Shown: in pieces, positions 59,776 to 64,000 of the stretch | How the letters are laid out: the number at the start of each line of letters is the position of its first letter | Position numbering within the stretch: position 1 is the first letter of the stretch | DNA from: Podarcis liolepis | Taxonomy: Eukaryota | NCBI GenBank assembly: GCA_965112155.1 | Contig: OZ218113.1 | DNA: 64,000 nucleotides | Direction: 5' to 3' (one strand) | Translations under genes and position numbers: made by a program | The notes under the pieces: model-generated | The model's input: only the letters and a program-made list of their open reading frames with translations | Databases searched by the model: none | Told to the model about the DNA's origin: nothing

Positions 59776-62700
59776 TTTTTTATATATTATTAGCATTATT
59801 ACTAAATTTGTTGCCCGCCCCTCACCAGCAAGGACGGGGTTACCAGCCATTTAAAATTCAGAATTAAAAACTGTTAAGACATATTGAACAGTTAAAACAT
59901 AATTAAAAACATAATTTGATGACATACAAGAATAAAGGAAAAAATACAATTAAAATGAAACATACACACAAAATATGAAGTGTCAGCTATTTCACAATCT
60001 GGAAAAATTATTATTTTTGTTGGGTGAGGGTTTTCTTTGAAGATGTATTTGTAAAGGTTAGACTATTGTCCTCAAGGCCTTACAATATTCTCACTTAAAA
60101 CCCCAAAGCTGGAATGTTTACTGTATTTTCTAACAGAGGGCAGAAATTGGGTACCCAAGTCAACACAGTTGCCTTGGATTAAAGACCAGGGGGATTTCTA
60201 CTTGCACCAGAGAGGTATGGCAAGCTGTATGGCGGTTCCCATTTTTGTGCTACAATAGTTATCACAGTCTAGAATAAAAGTCTGGGGAATACCGTGTTGG
60301 AGCATTATCAATTTCCCTTCCCAACTATCAAAAACAGAAGTGTGGCGGGGGGCTTAGCAGGGGAAGTATGCAGCAGTGCTGAAAATGCAGAACTTTCGCA
60401 AATATCTTTACGATCTGTTTTTGTTTAACGGGAAATGGCTATAAAATAGTCAGGACCAAATGTATTGCTGCAACAGGTACGGAGAATGGACCTTTGCTGG
60501 TGATCACCAACTTTGGGCTTTATTTCTCCTCTCCTGCATGAATGATAGCACTTCAGAATGCGCTGGGTAATTAAAGATGAGGAAAAATAAAAGCCAGTGA
60601 CATATGCACTTGTGCAGGACCAGCCCTACAATTAGGCAAAGTGTGACAATTGTTTCAAGTGAAAGATGCAGTTGGGTGAGGAGTGCCAGCAAGATGTTGG
60701 GAGGGCATACCTGTGAGCAGGTCCGCGGTCGGACCTTGCATGGCATGCAAGACTTAACAAAAATTCCAAATGTATATTAACTTGCATATAATGAAGAATA
60801 ACGACTAGAAGTGGCTGTAAAGATTCTAATGATATTGGCCTTCATACATCAGACACAGATGATTGCATTCCCAGGATTTTATTTTCAGCAATGTAAGTTG
60901 GGGTCCTATCGCGGGGAAATGAGAATCAGATCATACAATTGGTTCTAATGCCATACATGTAAGAAAACAAAACTGATATTTAAATACTTGATTTAAAAAA
61001 ATGCAGTTGGGCCACCCTAACAAAATGACATTTCAGTTCTCCAGACCTTTAAACCTGAGAAACCTCACTTCCTGCAATCAAAGGAGTACATTCCTTGAGC
61101 AAAGAGATTTTATCACCAACACAGAATTGTAACGAAATCCTTCGTCCTACCTTGCTGGAAGAAACAAAGATGAATGTGTCAAAGGCATTCCAAGATGCCA
61201 GAACAAACCTGCAAAAGTTAGATTAAGATGGCTGATTCAGACTAGAGCAGTTCCGTAAACTGGTTCCACTCCAATTCTAGAACTGCAGGAATATGACACC
61301 GACGCAAGGAAGAATCTGTGTCAGTGGTAGATTACAGACAATGGCTGCTATTCTTTGCACATGTTCCCAAGTCCTTCTCTTTTTAAAAAGGGGCACTGTC
61401 CTTGGAAGTTCCATCTGAAAAGAAGCAGGAAATGCCACCTTCACTGTAATCTGTACAGCAGAATATGTCCTAGGCTTTGGATGTCTTTCACAAGCAATGG
61501 AAAATGAAGATCAAGCCATATTTATCAGCTTCTTGAAGAACAGCTGGCACTCAGCATTTGCTCTGCGTGCAAAACACCCCAGATTTGATACCTGGTGTCT
61601 CCAGAAAGGCCTGGGAAACACTCCCATTTGAATCCCATGAGAGATGCTGCCTGTCAGTGTTTGGCAGTACTGGCTTAGATGGATCAATTGTCTAGTATAA
61701 GGCAGCTTCCTATGTTCCTATGAGCACAAGTTTGTTTTTGGAACCTTGGTTCAGAGAAGTACCATAAAACAAACAGAATAATGAAATAATCTGTTTTGAC
61801 AGGGTGAACAATATTCAAAAAGGAGTGCCTTAAAAGAGAAAAGCAACAGGAAGGAAAGCATGAGCCGAATCCTGTTTGCGCAAGGTGACTCGAGGATTGC
61901 AAGAATAACATTTTTCTAAACATGCAACGCACACAGGGAAGTGACAAGATCCACCACTGCTACACATCTAAGGAGTTCCAGGGTCAGAGACAGTATGTCT
62001 TAGGATCGTGAATGGTGGAAAGGTATTGTTCTCATGCCCTGCTCATAGGTTTCACAGATGCATCTGGGAATATAGGACAAGATAAGTCAGGTGTAGGGAA
62101 CCTTTAACCCAAGGTACACATTTCCTCATAAGCAACCTTCTAGGGGCTGTATACTTCATATTTTATTTCTTAGAATGTACATATAGCTTGATTGTTAAAA
62201 GAAAACACCTCTGAGCAGTTTACAGAAAGAATAAAGCAATAAAATTATTGGTTAGAAAAAGTTTAAAATGACTATTTTAAAACCTCAACAAATAATTAAA
62301 ATCAACAATCAGCTAAAAACCAGATTAAAACACATGCCAACATTCTACATTTCCGGACAGGCTTGCCTAAACAAAAATGTTTTTACCAGGCGCTTAAAAG
62401 AATACAGTGACAGCTACTGCCATATCATTGGTGGGTGTGGCCAGGCACTCATAGCTCTCCACCCTTCATCCAAGCAAGCAAGCAGGAGTTATTATTTCAG
62501 TTCAGGGACACATTCAGGCCAGGTAAAACCCACAGAGGGGACACAAAGTAGCGATGGGGGATAAATTCAATTCAGTTTGCATCGAAAGGTGAACCTACCT
62601 TATTTGCACTTTCTGAAACAATACTGGAATGGAAACACAGCCATTCTTCACAAATCTGTACTATTAATTTTGCAATGAGGTCTACAAAAACGCACATGCT

Positions 62701-62848
62701 GAGGTAAAGTATGCATAAAAATGTATATGTTAGTAAAAACAACATTTCAAAACACATTATTTTAGGGGAATTACTTTCCACGAATGTGTATATTAGGCAA
62801 AAGTACAATCTGTAATGAGATATTCATACTACAGTGCTAGTGAATTTT

Positions 62849-63329
62849 ATTTTATTTTTAAATATTTTTATTGCATTTTTTCCAGATAGATTTGAACAGC
62901 ACAGAAAAACAAAGAAAACAAGAAAAGAAAAGAAAGAAGACAGATTATTACCAAAGCTTGTTTCAATCCATCATCGGACTTCCCCACATCTCCCGCACAA
63001 TGCATTCTCAAATAATAAATTTGTCAGCAAATTATAACCTTGTTTCATATGTTTCTTTTGTACTTTCAGTTGCATATTAAGTTTAAATTACTTATTGTCC
63101 AAATTATTCAATAAACACATATATTATCCTTTTTTAAACATTTAAACATTGGTTCTTTCATTATTATTATCTAATTTCATATATATTCCACTCTCATTGC
63201 TGGGGCTATCCTTCCAAATCGTACGAAATCCTATAGTTCATATAACTTATAAAGTTTTTGCAAATAGTCCTTAAATTTCTTCCAGTCCTCCTCCATTGCT
63301 TCTTCTCCCAGATCTCGGATCCTGGCAGT
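62849..63329 (-). mobile_element. 5'-truncated L1 LINE with a 17-bp TSD
   Basis: TSD CAGTGCTAGTGAATTTT at 62832-62848 and 63330-63346; TTTT/AA endonuclease site; minus strand reads LTARIRDLGEEAMEEDWKKFKDYLQKLYKLYEL*. Confidence 0.85.
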
Positions 63330-64000
63330 CAGTGCTAGTGAATTTTAAGGATGGTGATCATGATGACAAACAACTGGTGTGGAATTGTGAGGAACTGAAC
63401 ATAAGACTGGAAAAAGGAGAAACTTAGAAAAACCGAAATTGACATATTAATCCATCAAGGTCACATTCCAGCCAGGTAAAACTAACAGAGGTTGTACAGA
63501 GCAGAGCCAGTGAGGAGCATGGCAGGCTGGAGGGAGTTGCATTGACCTGAGGTTCGCCACCTCTAATTTATATCCTAGAATTCTAACCTTACTTATTCCT
63601 GTGCTTCGGGTTCTCTGACCTACTTGTGAGAAGAAAATACAAACAGCAACACTACAACAACCCGCCATCACAACCTTCAGTCTGCAAGCGCCCTTTTGTA
63701 TTCTGCTGGGGGGAAAAAATAAAAGTGTGAAGAATCAACAGTAGCCTTCTTTCCATGCAAGAAGGAAGTTCATTTGGCCGCAGCTGAGAGTAGCAGGAGC
63801 TGGTGGAAAAGAACTTTGAACAGAGAATCTTTCTAAACATACAGAAAAGCAGTTTTTAAGATTGTAAATGGCGAGGTTGTCAGCTGGGAACTTGTTTGAC
63901 ATTGAAAGAACCCAGAAACTTCGGAAAACTTTTTTTCCCTCTCTCTCAGTCTCAATTTTTTGCAGTTTGCATGAGACATGAACAAATAAATTAAAAGCCA

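Noticed and set aside
61070-61226. Short open frame ...EILSPTQNCNEILRPTLLEETKMNVSKAFQDARTNLQKLD*
   Set aside because: Bounded by an upstream stop, with no convincing acceptor and no recognisable homology.

Overview
Vertebrate genomic DNA, most likely a squamate (lizard): it carries Sauria SINEs and reptile-type CR1, L2 and L1 LINEs, and a lacertid origin is my inference. Nearly the whole window is one gene on the minus strand, MTMR3 (myotubularin-related protein 3, a PI3P/PI(3,5)P2 3-phosphatase). It runs from a CpG-island promoter and first exon at about 58.8-59.3 kb to tandem poly(A) signals at about 3.15 kb. I reconstructed 17 coding exons with GT-AG boundaries and consistent phases (3477 nt, 1158 aa). 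They encode the PH-GRAM region, the phosphatase domain with an intact HCSDGWDRT motif, a long linker, a coiled coil and a FYVE domain. There is also a 27-nt cassette microexon inside the FYVE domain and two 5'-leader exons. A 111-nt mammalian cassette exon is not visible and may lie in a 172-N assembly gap. Introns hold many transposable elements, including two nested insertions. Almost all ORFs in the supplied track are spurious. I found no evidence of a wholly new multi-gene system. The best leads are splicing and translation control of MTMR3 (FYVE microexon with QKI motifs, a candidate poison exon, uORFs, a possible alternative N-terminus) and an apparently young Tc2/pogo element inside a Sauria SINE.
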